Source: Candidatus Omnitrophota bacterium (GTDB taxonomy: Bacteria > Omnitrophota > Gorgyraeia > 2-01-FULL-45-10). Taken from it: a stretch of DNA of 32,000 bases. Below the pieces are notes generated by a model. The model ran no database searches. It was given only the letters and a program-made list of their open reading frames with translations, and was not told the origin of the DNA. The DNA lies in assembly GCA_023818895.1 (NCBI GenBank), contig JAMWCX010000003.1:289446-321445 (forward strand), read 5' to 3'. The translations under genes and the position numbers were made by a program. Shown piece by piece: positions 23,343-32,000 of this stretch (position 1 is the first letter of the stretch; every line of letters starts with the position of its first letter).

Positions 23343-26300
23343 ATGAATCTACCACAATTTTCCGTAGAACGGCCGGTCACGGTTATGATGATAGTGGCGG
23401 GTCTTTTGATATTCGGCGTGGTATCGCTGAACCTCATACCGCAGGAACTCTTTCCGCAGATAGTCTATCCACAGCTTACCGTTGTGACGCCGTATGAAAA
23501 CGCCGCCCCCGAAGAGATAGAGACGCTAATTACCAAACCCATAGAAGAAGCGGTCGGCACGGTAAGCGGCGTCAAGCGGATCCACTCTATATCCAAGGAA
23601 GGCCTGTCGCTTGTCATCGCCGAATTCGGCTGGAACCAGAATATAAATTTTGCCGCGCTTGGAATGCGCGAAAAAATAGACCTTATAAAAGAGAGGCTTC
23701 CTCGCGAGGCGGAGGAGCCTATCGTCCTGCCATTCAACCCGTTTGATAAACCCATCATGATCCTGAGCATCACCTCAAGCGGCGACCGATCTTCCGTGTC
23801 GCTTAAGAATCTCGTTAAGAAGATGATAAAAGATGAGCTTGAGAAAGTCGAGGGGGTGGCTTCAGCCACTATATCCGGAGGTTTGGAAAGGGAGATACAG
23901 GTTGAGGTCGATCAGAATAAACTACAGAGTCGCGGGATACCGATACTCGACGTTTCTAAGGCTATAGGAAGCGCCAATCTTAATTATCCAGCAGGTACCA
24001 TAAAAGAGACTTTTTACGAATATCTCATAAGGACACTCGGGGAGTTTCAGAAAGTTCAAGATATAGAAGAAGTGGCTCTGACGGGCATACAAGACGATGA
24101 GGAGTACTACAGGTCCCAGTCTCGCCAGCAGGGAAAGTTTATAAGCGAGCATAAAAAGCTAATCTATGTTAAGGACATTGCCACCGTGGTAGATGGTCTT
24201 AAAGAGAGGACCAGCTATTCGCGTTATAACGGTAAGGAGAATATCTCGCTTGCTATCCAGAAACAAGCAACCGGTAATACCGTAAAGACCGTAGATAAGG
24301 TTAAGAGGAAAATAGAGGAACTCAAAAATGACATTCCGAAAGACATTCAAATAGCTATAGTATACGACCAGTCGGTATTCATAAAAAGTTCCATCAGAGG
24401 TGTCTGGGACGCCGCTTGGCAGGGCGGACTTCTGGTCTTCGTAGTGCTTTTTTACTTCCTGCGAAATGTATGGAGCGCACTTATAGTCACTCTCACTATA
24501 CCGATATCTGTTATGGCAACATTTGCTTTAATGTTCTTTTCGGGGATAACAATCAACATGATGTCTCTCGGAGGGCTTGCATTCGGGGTGGGAAGCCTCG
24601 TCGATTGCGCGATAGTTGTTGTTGAAAATATATTTCGTCATATGCAGATGGGAAAAGGCGGTAAGGAAGCTGCAAATATAGGGGCAAACGAAGTTTTTAT
24701 ATCAGTCACAGGATCGGTTCTTACCACCGTGGTCGTATTTCTACCACTTATATTTGTAGTAGGAATCATAGGCCAGATATCGAAGGACTTTGCACTTACG
24801 GTCACCTTTTCTCTTGTAGCCTCGCTCATTGCTTCTGTAACGATAATACCACTTCTTGCTTCACGCAGTATCAACATCGGGAAAGACATGACTCTGGAAG
24901 GCGATGATATATCGCAACTTGACCACAGCGGCCTCGTCGGAAAGGTGAGAAGATTTTACGCAGTCGTTCTGGATAAATACATGAGGCACAAACTCAAATA
25001 TCTGTCTTTTACCATCCTGATTTTCTTGGCCTCTCTTACTCTTTTTATATTCATGGATAAGGAGCTAATGCCAAAGGTGGACCAGGGACAGTTTGCCGTA
25101 AAGATCGATATGCCTACCGGTACACGTCTTGAGGTAACAAACCGCGTTTCCGAAAGGGTCGAAAACTATATAATGTCCATACCGGAAGTGGAGTCGGTCA
25201 ACGTTACAGTCGGTTCTACGAAGGAGTCGGCCACAAAAAGCATAGTGGAGCGTTTGGGTCCTCACCAGGCCGAAATAGTTGTGAACTTGAAGAAGAAACG
25301 CACCCGCAAAAGCCAGGATGTGGTCCAGGAGATACAGGCTCGCCTCGAGAAGATGGATATGGAGGGGGCCCGTGTCGAATATGTATTGCAGGAAAATGTG
25401 CTTTCAACGGGCATGGGGGTTACAGCTCCAGTGACGATAGAGCTTAAAGGCGCCGAGCTTAAGGAGATGGAGGAGATTACCCGGCGGATCGAAGAGGGCC
25501 TTGAAAAGATACAGGGTGTTTACAGTGTCAAGGATAATCTTGCCGAGCCCTCTCCCGAGACGAAAGTCATAATAGACAAGGATAAGGCCTCAGTATATGG
25601 CTTGTCTGTTACGGACATCGCCCAGACGGCCCTCATAGGCCTCAAAGGGTATATAGCCAGCAAACTTAAGGAGAAAGGCGAGGAATACGATATACGAGTA
25701 CGCCTGCGCGAACAGGACAGAAACGACTTTGAAAAGCTATCAAGACTCGAGATACAGTCACCTGCCGGCATAAGGGTAAATTTAGGAAGCGTTGCAAAGT
25801 TCGGCAAAGGCAAGGGGCCAAGCGAGATAAAGAGGCTTAATCAGGAGAGGGTGGTTAACATATACGGAAATGTGTACAATAGGCCCATGAAGGATGTTTA
25901 CGAGGATGTCAATACAATGCTTAAGGGACTGAACCTGCCGAAGGGTTATTACGCTAAACTTACCGGCGAAACGGAAGAAATGAAGGAGTCTTTTGACAGC
26001 ATGCGTAACGCGATAATTGCCGCTTTTCTTCTGGTGTATATGATAATGGCCGCGCTCTTCGAATCTTTGTGGCAACCTTTCATAATAATGTTTACCATAC
26101 CCCTTTCATTAATCGGTGTAGCCATTGCCCTAATGGTTTCACGCACCACTGTGAGCGCTTATGTGCTAATGGGCGTCGGCATACTGGGCGGCATAGTTGT
26201 CAATAACGCCATAGTGCTTATAGATTGTATAAATCTCTTCAAGTCTAAAGGTATGAGCGATGAAGAGGCCGCTGTGAACGCCAGTAAAATAAGACTCCGG

Positions 26301-26516
26301 CCGATACTCATGACAGCGCTTACCACTATCCTGGGTCTTGCGCCGATGGCGTTTCTGGGCGGCGAAGGCGCTGAACTTAGGGCGCCTATGGCCATAACCG
26401 TAATGGGTGGGCTTACTGTGGCGACATTCCTTACGCTAATCGTTATTCCTACCATCTACGTCGGTGTGGTGGAAACTACTAACAAGATATTCAAGAAAAA
26501 ACAGCAGCAGAAATAA
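23343..26516 (+). CDS. RND-family efflux permease (AcrB/MdtB-like), paralog 1
   Basis: 1057 aa, 12-TM/two-large-loop architecture. N-terminus FSVERPVTVMMIVAGLLIFGVVSL..., with conserved ...GGLAFGVGSLVDCAIVVVENI... and ...LRPILMTALTTILGLAPMA.... Confidence 0.92.
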   Translation: MNLPQFSVERPVTVMMIVAGLLIFGVVSLNLIPQELFPQIVYPQLTVVTPYENAAPEEIETLITKPIEEAVGTVSGVKRIHSISKEGLSLVIAEFGWNQNINFAALGMREKIDLIKERLPREAEEPIVLPFNPFDKPIMILSITSSGDRSSVSLKNLVKKMIKDELEKVEGVASATISGGLEREIQVEVDQNKLQSRGIPILDVSKAIGSANLNYPAGTIKETFYEYLIRTLGEFQKVQDIEEVALTGIQDDEEYYRSQSRQQGKFISEHKKLIYVKDIATVVDGLKERTSYSRYNGKENISLAIQKQATGNTVKTVDKVKRKIEELKNDIPKDIQIAIVYDQSVFIKSSIRGVWDAAWQGGLLVFVVLFYFLRNVWSALIVTLTIPISVMATFALMFFSGITINMMSLGGLAFGVGSLVDCAIVVVENIFRHMQMGKGGKEAANIGANEVFISVTGSVLTTVVVFLPLIFVVGIIGQISKDFALTVTFSLVASLIASVTIIPLLASRSINIGKDMTLEGDDISQLDHSGLVGKVRRFYAVVLDKYMRHKLKYLSFTILIFLASLTLFIFMDKELMPKVDQGQFAVKIDMPTGTRLEVTNRVSERVENYIMSIPEVESVNVTVGSTKESATKSIVERLGPHQAEIVVNLKKKRTRKSQDVVQEIQARLEKMDMEGARVEYVLQENVLSTGMGVTAPVTIELKGAELKEMEEITRRIEEGLEKIQGVYSVKDNLAEPSPETKVIIDKDKASVYGLSVTDIAQTALIGLKGYIASKLKEKGEEYDIRVRLREQDRNDFEKLSRLEIQSPAGIRVNLGSVAKFGKGKGPSEIKRLNQERVVNIYGNVYNRPMKDVYEDVNTMLKGLNLPKGYYAKLTGETEEMKESFDSMRNAIIAAFLLVYMIMAALFESLWQPFIIMFTIPLSLIGVAIALMVSRTTVSAYVLMGVGILGGIVVNNAIVLIDCINLFKSKGMSDEEAAVNASKIRLRPILMTALTTILGLAPMAFLGGEGAELRAPMAITVMGGLTVATFLTLIVIPTIYVGVVETTNKIFKKKQQQK

Positions 26517-29500
26517 TGAGCCTACCATCGTTCTCCATCCACAGACCTGTCACGATGCTGATGATATACATCATTCTCGTTTTGATGGGAATCTTGTCTC
26601 TTACTCAGCTGCCGGTCGAGTTATATCCTAATATCAGCTTCGGCGAAGTAAGCATAATAATAGAGGTAAGGGGCGGTATACCGCCAACGGAAGTAGAGTC
26701 ACTGGTGACTAAAGTTGTCGAGGAAGGCGTAGGAACGGTCAGCCATCTGGAGGAGATGCTATCTATCTCGAAAGAGGGAGAGTCTACGGTCGTCCTTAGC
26801 TTCGAACCAGGTCTGAACATGAACTTTGCCGCCCTCGAAGTGCGCGAGAAGTTCGCCCGTGTAAAGAATAGACTCCCTAAAGAAATTGAAAAACCCATCA
26901 TAGCTCAATTTAAGCGTTCCGACGTGCCCATAGTCATAATGGCGGTTACAAGCCTTAAGCGCACTACCGAAGAGTTGCGCAAGATGGTTGATGAAAACAT
27001 CAGGGAATCGATAAAACGTATAAACGGCGTTGCCGATGCCGATGTGGCTGGGGGCCGGGAGCGAAAAATCCTAGTGGAGGCCGACCAGCGTAAGATGGCC
27101 GCATATGGCCTTCCTCTTGATAAACTTATCGCCATGATAAGCGCCAATAACCTTAACCTCCTGTCCGGAGGTATGGATGTAGGTAAGGAGAAGTACCTCA
27201 TCAGGGCTATAGGGTTATACCAATCGGTCGATGATATAAAAAATATCCCCGTGAGCGCACTTCCGAACGGAACTATAGTGCGGCTTAAGGACGTCGCAAA
27301 CGTGGTGGATTCTTATCTTGAAGCCACGGGTTATGCGCGTGTTAACATACGGCCTGTCGTATCCGTCTACGTCCAGAAGGAGTCAACGGCCAATACCATA
27401 CAGGTGGCAAAAGCGGTCGAAGAAGAGGTAGAGAGGCTGAGGGAAAGGCTGCCCAAGGATATACAGATAATCATTACCAGTAATCAGGCCGACTTCATAA
27501 AAAAATCTATAGACAACCTCAAGGGCTCTCTCCTTCAAGGCGCCGGTCTTATAATACTCGTGCTTACGTATTTTTTGGTGAAGTTAAAGAAGAAATTTGT
27601 GATATTGACTTCGGCGCTGATTCTGGCGGTGCTCTTCATGCCCATATCTATTTTGCCGTTTGTCATACTGGCCTTGATAATAGCTGCGGCTATCATAAAG
27701 CTTGTACGGCCGATCCTTATCGTAAGCTCGGCCATACCCATCTCAGTTATAATAACATTCATCTTCATGTACTGGATGAAACTTTCGGTGAATTTCATGA
27801 CTCTCTTTGGTCTTGCTCTCGGCGTCGGGATGTTAGTTGACAATTCTATCGTCGTCTTTGAGAATATCCTGCAGAAAAACGAGCGCGGCCTAAGCGGTAT
27901 AGCGGCGGCTGTGGCGGGCGCTGAAGAGGTATGGATAGCGATATGGGCATCTACGCTAACCACTATAGTAGTATTTCTGCCGATGGTCTTTGTTGGGGAG
28001 GAGATAAAGCTCCTATACGGGGGAGTCGCGTGGACTGTAACATTTTCGCTTATCATATCGCTTTTCGTAGCTATTACCATCGTGCCGCTTCTTTCATCGA
28101 GAATGAGATTTTCCGTAGAGGCGATACCTAAAGGATATGGTAAAGATGTAAGCGGTTTTATGAAGAGACTATATGATCTTCAACGAAAAGGGGTGACAAG
28201 GTTTTTGCGCCACAGGTACAGATATCTTATATTCGCGTTTATTGCTCTGGCGGTGGCCTTCTTTCTTTTCACAAGACTCGGAATGGAATTTCTCGGCACA
28301 ACAGAGCAGAACAAATTTACCATATTCATAGAGATGCCTACCGGAACGAAACTTGAGGTGACAGATAGTATAGTAAAAAAGGTTGAGGCAATAGTAAAGG
28401 AGATACCGGAGGTAAAGACTTTTTCGGCCAGGGTTGAACCATGGTCGAGCAAAGTTTACGTTGAGCTCGTTAGTCTGACTGAGCGCAAGCGCTCAGTATC
28501 ACAAGTCATCGAGAGCATACGTCCGAAAGTGGAAAGGCTTAAGCCCGCATTCATATATTTTGAAGAGCAGCAGGAAGTCGGGACCAAGGAGCTTATCATA
28601 GAGCTTTTCGGATACGATTACGCGACGATGCGCGAAATAGCGATTTCCATGGCAACAAGGCTCGGCGCAATAAAGGGTTTTACTGATACCAAGATAAGGA
28701 TGCGTGAAGGAAGGCCGGAGCTTGGATTAAAAGTTGACAGGAAAAAGATAGGTATATTCAACATGACTGTACAGGATGTTGCCGACATGGTGCACGCTCA
28801 GATGAGAGGCTTGCGCGCCACCCTTTTTCATACTGAGGCGAGTGAAGTCGAAACGATAGCGCGACTCGACGAAAAATACCGCAAGACATTCAAAGACCTT
28901 CACAAGTTGATACTCATGAACAGGGAAGAAGACAAGATATATCTTGATCAGCTTGTCGATTTCAAATACGGCCTTGGCCCCAGTGAGATATGGCGAAAGA
29001 ACAAATCAAGGATGATCCAAGTAAGTTCTAATATAGGTGCCATACCATTAAGCAAGGCAGCCGAGATAGTGAAAAAGACTATGAGCGATCTTAAACTTCC
29101 AGAGGGTTATTATTGGCGGATAGGAGGCAATTTCCCCACCATGATGGCCACGCAAAAACAGTTCCGAGCGATAATAATTCTCATAATAGTTCTTATTTAT
29201 CTGGTTCTTGCCTCATTGTTTGAGTCCTATTATCAACCCTTTATAATTATGGTATCCGTGCCTCTTGCGCTCATAGGTGTCGTTATAGCGTTATATGCGG
29301 CAGGCAAATCGGTAGGAATGGGAGTTCTTGTGGGAATCATGATGCTCGGAGGTATAGTGGTGAACAACGCGATCCTTCTTATCGACCATGCCAACGGCTT
29401 GCGCAGAAAAGGGATGAATCACCTTAAGGCTGTAATAGTAGCGTCACGGGACAGGCTTCGCCCTATACTAATGACCACAATAACAACGCTTCTTGGCCTC

Positions 29501-29716
29501 CTGCCCATGGCGATAAGCACTCAAGAAGGATCGAACCTATGGAGTCCTCTTGCTATAACGGTCATGGGCGGTTTAAGCAGTTCCACCATATTGACACTGC
29601 TTTTGGTGCCGAGCGCGTATGTTGTTACCGAGGATCTTAAAGGGCGTATAGCCGGATTTTTCCGAAAAAATCTTAAAAATAAAAGCGGTGCGTCTCCAAA
29701 AAATTCAGAAAAATAA
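26516..29716 (+). CDS. RND-family efflux permease, paralog 2, with an extra hydrophobic insert
   Basis: 1066 aa. TAATG overlap with paralog 1. Same family motifs (FSIHRPVTMLMIYIILV..., GLALGVGMLVDNSIVVFENI, LRPILMTTITTLLGLLPMA). Carries an extra hydrophobic segment of about 40 aa at 27578-27700 relative to paralog 1. Confidence 0.92.
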   Translation: MSLPSFSIHRPVTMLMIYIILVLMGILSLTQLPVELYPNISFGEVSIIIEVRGGIPPTEVESLVTKVVEEGVGTVSHLEEMLSISKEGESTVVLSFEPGLNMNFAALEVREKFARVKNRLPKEIEKPIIAQFKRSDVPIVIMAVTSLKRTTEELRKMVDENIRESIKRINGVADADVAGGRERKILVEADQRKMAAYGLPLDKLIAMISANNLNLLSGGMDVGKEKYLIRAIGLYQSVDDIKNIPVSALPNGTIVRLKDVANVVDSYLEATGYARVNIRPVVSVYVQKESTANTIQVAKAVEEEVERLRERLPKDIQIIITSNQADFIKKSIDNLKGSLLQGAGLIILVLTYFLVKLKKKFVILTSALILAVLFMPISILPFVILALIIAAAIIKLVRPILIVSSAIPISVIITFIFMYWMKLSVNFMTLFGLALGVGMLVDNSIVVFENILQKNERGLSGIAAAVAGAEEVWIAIWASTLTTIVVFLPMVFVGEEIKLLYGGVAWTVTFSLIISLFVAITIVPLLSSRMRFSVEAIPKGYGKDVSGFMKRLYDLQRKGVTRFLRHRYRYLIFAFIALAVAFFLFTRLGMEFLGTTEQNKFTIFIEMPTGTKLEVTDSIVKKVEAIVKEIPEVKTFSARVEPWSSKVYVELVSLTERKRSVSQVIESIRPKVERLKPAFIYFEEQQEVGTKELIIELFGYDYATMREIAISMATRLGAIKGFTDTKIRMREGRPELGLKVDRKKIGIFNMTVQDVADMVHAQMRGLRATLFHTEASEVETIARLDEKYRKTFKDLHKLILMNREEDKIYLDQLVDFKYGLGPSEIWRKNKSRMIQVSSNIGAIPLSKAAEIVKKTMSDLKLPEGYYWRIGGNFPTMMATQKQFRAIIILIIVLIYLVLASLFESYYQPFIIMVSVPLALIGVVIALYAAGKSVGMGVLVGIMMLGGIVVNNAILLIDHANGLRRKGMNHLKAVIVASRDRLRPILMTTITTLLGLLPMAISTQEGSNLWSPLAITVMGGLSSSTILTLLLVPSAYVVTEDLKGRIAGFFRKNLKNKSGASPKNSEK

Positions 29717-29753
29717 ATATAGGTTAAGATGTAAAAAAGTTAGAATTATTCTA

Positions 29754-29782
29754 TTGACTACATACTATATATGTGATATATT
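29754..29782 (+). promoter_or_regulatory. sigma70 promoter with extended -10 (TTGACT-N17-TATATT, TGn) for the YD-like gene
   Basis: TTGACT 29754-29759, TGATATATT 29774-29782. Lies in a very AT-rich spacer. Implies a leader of about 185 nt. Confidence 0.55.
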
Positions 29783-29972
29783 ATACACGTAAGATGCGAG
29801 AAATATTTTTTTGATTCATAAATTAACAAATAAAAAAAGTTTTTATAAACAGCTACCTTTAAGAAACTCATTCTTAACAAAAAACATAGTTCGATTTATT
29901 TATATAATCCGTTTGGCGCTGGAAAAGATTCAAAAATATTTTTGTAGAGGCACTTTTAGGGAGAGGTAAAAG

Positions 29973-32000
29973 ATGATTGAGTATTACTCGCCGCGAAAAA
30001 GATTCTTGCTGAAAAGCATCGCTGTCATCCTTGTTCTTTCGTTTGTTTGGTATGACATCGCATGGGCCGGAGATCTTTTTTATGCCCTACCAGCCCCCAA
30101 AAGCGCGGCGCACACTGCTCCCATCCCATCCGCCGAAACTAAAGAAGTAGAAGACATCCTGGACGAGGTAACAAATTATGACTTATTGTCATATAATAAG
30201 CGAAAGTCTGGTGCTGAAAGTCTTCTGCCAAGCGTGGAGGAAAAAGAACAATCGTTGCGATTTTCTCCAGGATACGTTCAGGAGCAGCAGCAGAAACACG
30301 AGGAGATTATAAAACAGAAGCAAGATACCGAGGAGATGATGTGGAGCCTTCACGATGATCTTGCCAGAAAGCTCCAAAAAGGAGAAGAAGATGAGGAGTG
30401 GAAGCTACAGAGAAAGCGCGGCGGCCCCCAGGACGTACCCAGCCCCGAAGCCGGTATCTATTATACGCTCGAAGATTACGACGAGGCTGGAAAACCCCGA
30501 CAGATCAACGTCTATGTCTACGAAGGGGATAGCCACCGAGGCAAGCTTCTTGAGATAGTCTCCTACGATATAAGCGATCTTAATACCGATCCATTTACTT
30601 CAGGGGCGCAGGAGATCAAGACCGAAGACGGTGATTCATTCATGGGTTCCTATCGGCAGCTTCCCACAAGAGAGGGGCTCACCGATGACAGGATAATATC
30701 TCGGACGGTGTATTTCGGAAGTAAGGGCGAGGAAAAAATAGATTATATCATCTCAGGGTATGATGAGAAAGGTATTCCAGGAGAAGTAACCATATACGAT
30801 TACAACAAAACCGGTGATGAGAATCTGGATGAGACAAGGACTTATAATATCGAAGGGCTTGATATAGATTTTAAATCAGATGACTGGAAAACGCGCCTCG
30901 GCGAAGACCGGCTTACAAGGACGACGGTATATACCGGTGCTAAGAAAGAGGAGCGCATAGACTATATTTTAGATACTTACCTTTTCGAAGATGATGGTCG
31001 CACTAATAATCCAAACAAAATAACCCTTTACAATTACAATAGCGATAATTCTATCAAGGAGGTGAGGACTTACTACATAACGGACACCGATAGAGCCGAC
31101 TGGCGCACCGATGATCAGTCAAGGCTTGAAAGCATAACGGTCTACGAGGGCGCAAAGGATAAGGAAAAAGTCCGGTATTCTCTGTCTTATTATTTCTTCG
31201 ATCAGGCTACAGGCGCATATATACCGTGGGAGAGAAAGGATTATTTTTACGACGACAAAGGAGTTATGACTCAGACTAAGACGTATGATGTGTCTGGCCT
31301 TGCGCCCGATAAGATCGCTACAGTCGGCGCGGGGGATCTACAGGAAGAGGCCTTCTTCAAAGGGCAGAAACACCACGAAAGGCTAAATTATGTTAATAGT
31401 CTCTATGACCCGGCCACAGGCCAGCCTCAGATAAAAACTGAGTATGTGTATAGCGGCAGGGCTCTCAGAAATGTCAATACATACGACGTGACATCCGTTG
31501 CTACCGGCGGAGCGCGGATTCTACAGGAGGCGAGTATATACGAAGGCAAGGCGGGGAAAGAACGCCTGCTCACAACGACGAGCTATTATCCGCAAGGTCA
31601 GATATTGAAGAGAACTCGCTATACATACCTTCAGAACGCCCTCGGCATAGATTACGCATCGCATATAACCGAGGAAACGCATTCGCTCACCGGAGAGGTT
31701 GTGGAACGGGTTGAGACCAGCAACAATCTCGATTATATCTGGAATGGCATACGTATGGAAGATAAGAACGGAAATATCCGTAACCAGCATATAGAAACTT
31801 ACTATACCTTCCAGGGCGCCGAGAAGCTCGATAGGATCGAGGACGTCGTTTTATCAGCCTACAGTGCTAAGGGACAGGCAGGACTTGAGAAGAGGACAAA
31901 ATACGTGGTCGATTATTCAACCGATCCAGCTGGTGTGCCGGAAAAGGTGGAATATCAGGAGGTCCGGAACCTGATGTTCAGTCCCAAAGGCAGCGTCACG
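29973..32000 (+). CDS. large secreted or anchored YD/RHS-like repeat protein, N-terminal 675 aa; the 3' end lies outside the window
   Basis: My own translation of frame 3 from ATG 29973 (GGGAGAGG RBS) runs without a stop to base 32000. This ORF is absent from the track, presumably because it has no stop codon. N-terminus MIEYYSPRKRFLLKSIAVILVLSFVWYDIAWAG is a signal or anchor. Modules of about 70 aa then recur, rich in Y-x-Y-D/N hairpin motifs: TVYFGSKGEEKIDYIISGYDEKG...VTIYDYNKTG...TRTYNI; TVYTGAKKEERIDYILDTY...ITLYNYNSDN...VRTYYI; ITVYEGAKDKEKVRYSLSYY... Confidence 0.8.
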   Translation, partial: MIEYYSPRKRFLLKSIAVILVLSFVWYDIAWAGDLFYALPAPKSAAHTAPIPSAETKEVEDILDEVTNYDLLSYNKRKSGAESLLPSVEEKEQSLRFSPGYVQEQQQKHEEIIKQKQDTEEMMWSLHDDLARKLQKGEEDEEWKLQRKRGGPQDVPSPEAGIYYTLEDYDEAGKPRQINVYVYEGDSHRGKLLEIVSYDISDLNTDPFTSGAQEIKTEDGDSFMGSYRQLPTREGLTDDRIISRTVYFGSKGEEKIDYIISGYDEKGIPGEVTIYDYNKTGDENLDETRTYNIEGLDIDFKSDDWKTRLGEDRLTRTTVYTGAKKEERIDYILDTYLFEDDGRTNNPNKITLYNYNSDNSIKEVRTYYITDTDRADWRTDDQSRLESITVYEGAKDKEKVRYSLSYYFFDQATGAYIPWERKDYFYDDKGVMTQTKTYDVSGLAPDKIATVGAGDLQEEAFFKGQKHHERLNYVNSLYDPATGQPQIKTEYVYSGRALRNVNTYDVTSVATGGARILQEASIYEGKAGKERLLTTTSYYPQGQILKRTRYTYLQNALGIDYASHITEETHSLTGEVVERVETSNNLDYIWNGIRMEDKNGNIRNQHIETYYTFQGAEKLDRIEDVVLSAYSAKGQAGLEKRTKYVVDYSTDPAGVPEKVEYQEVRNLMFSPKGSVT

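Noticed and set aside
27535-28080. 181-aa minus-strand ORF and other antisense ORFs within the two RND permease genes and groEL (for example 8533-9033).
   Set aside because: These are shadow ORFs inside strongly supported genes.
30189-31790. Short track ORFs (30189-30377 -, 30355-30558 +, 31521-31790 -) in the region the track otherwise leaves empty.
   Set aside because: All lie inside the uninterrupted, repeat-structured frame-3 ORF starting at 29973. That ORF has a promoter, an RBS and a signal sequence, and explains the region better.

Overview
This is a bacterial chromosomal window with no rRNA gene to place it taxonomically. From left to right it contains:
- the tail of a 2-oxoacid:ferredoxin oxidoreductase operon (beta fragment and gamma);
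- gltX and glnS back to back, followed by tRNA-Gln(CUG);
- a DedA/YqaA-family membrane protein on the minus strand;
- a tRNA-Leu(GAG) to tRNA-Glu(CUC) operon;
- a heat-shock island: HspR-like MerR regulator, a perfect CIRCE, three Hsp20 paralogs and groES-groEL;
- a five-gene operon of membrane-anchored coiled-coil proteins, an 807-aa coiled-coil protein, an orphan ParA-like ATPase and an 865-aa secreted TPR protein;
- an RlpA-like protein, a ROK-family regulator and a small zinc-ribbon protein;
- a four-gene RND efflux operon (extended TolC-like OMF, MFP, two RND permeases);
- the 5' part of a large YD/RHS-like repeat protein that runs off the window.

The most unusual signal is non-coding. 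A structured element of about 113 nt occurs three times, always directly 3' of a tRNA gene: once after tRNA-Gln, and twice as identical 144-nt tandem units after tRNA-Leu. Its closing helix is built from a copy of the neighbouring tRNA's T-loop and 3' sequence plus its complement. The divergent copies show compensatory base-pair changes in three helices. I could not match it to any RNA family or mobile-element type I know.

Secondary leads:
- the ParA-like/coiled-coil/TPR operon as a possible positioning or scaffold system;
- atypical heat-shock wiring, with CIRCE on the sHSP genes, none on groESL, and a triple TTTCGAAA operator on the HspR-like gene;
- an RND permease with an internally duplicated hydrophobic insert.
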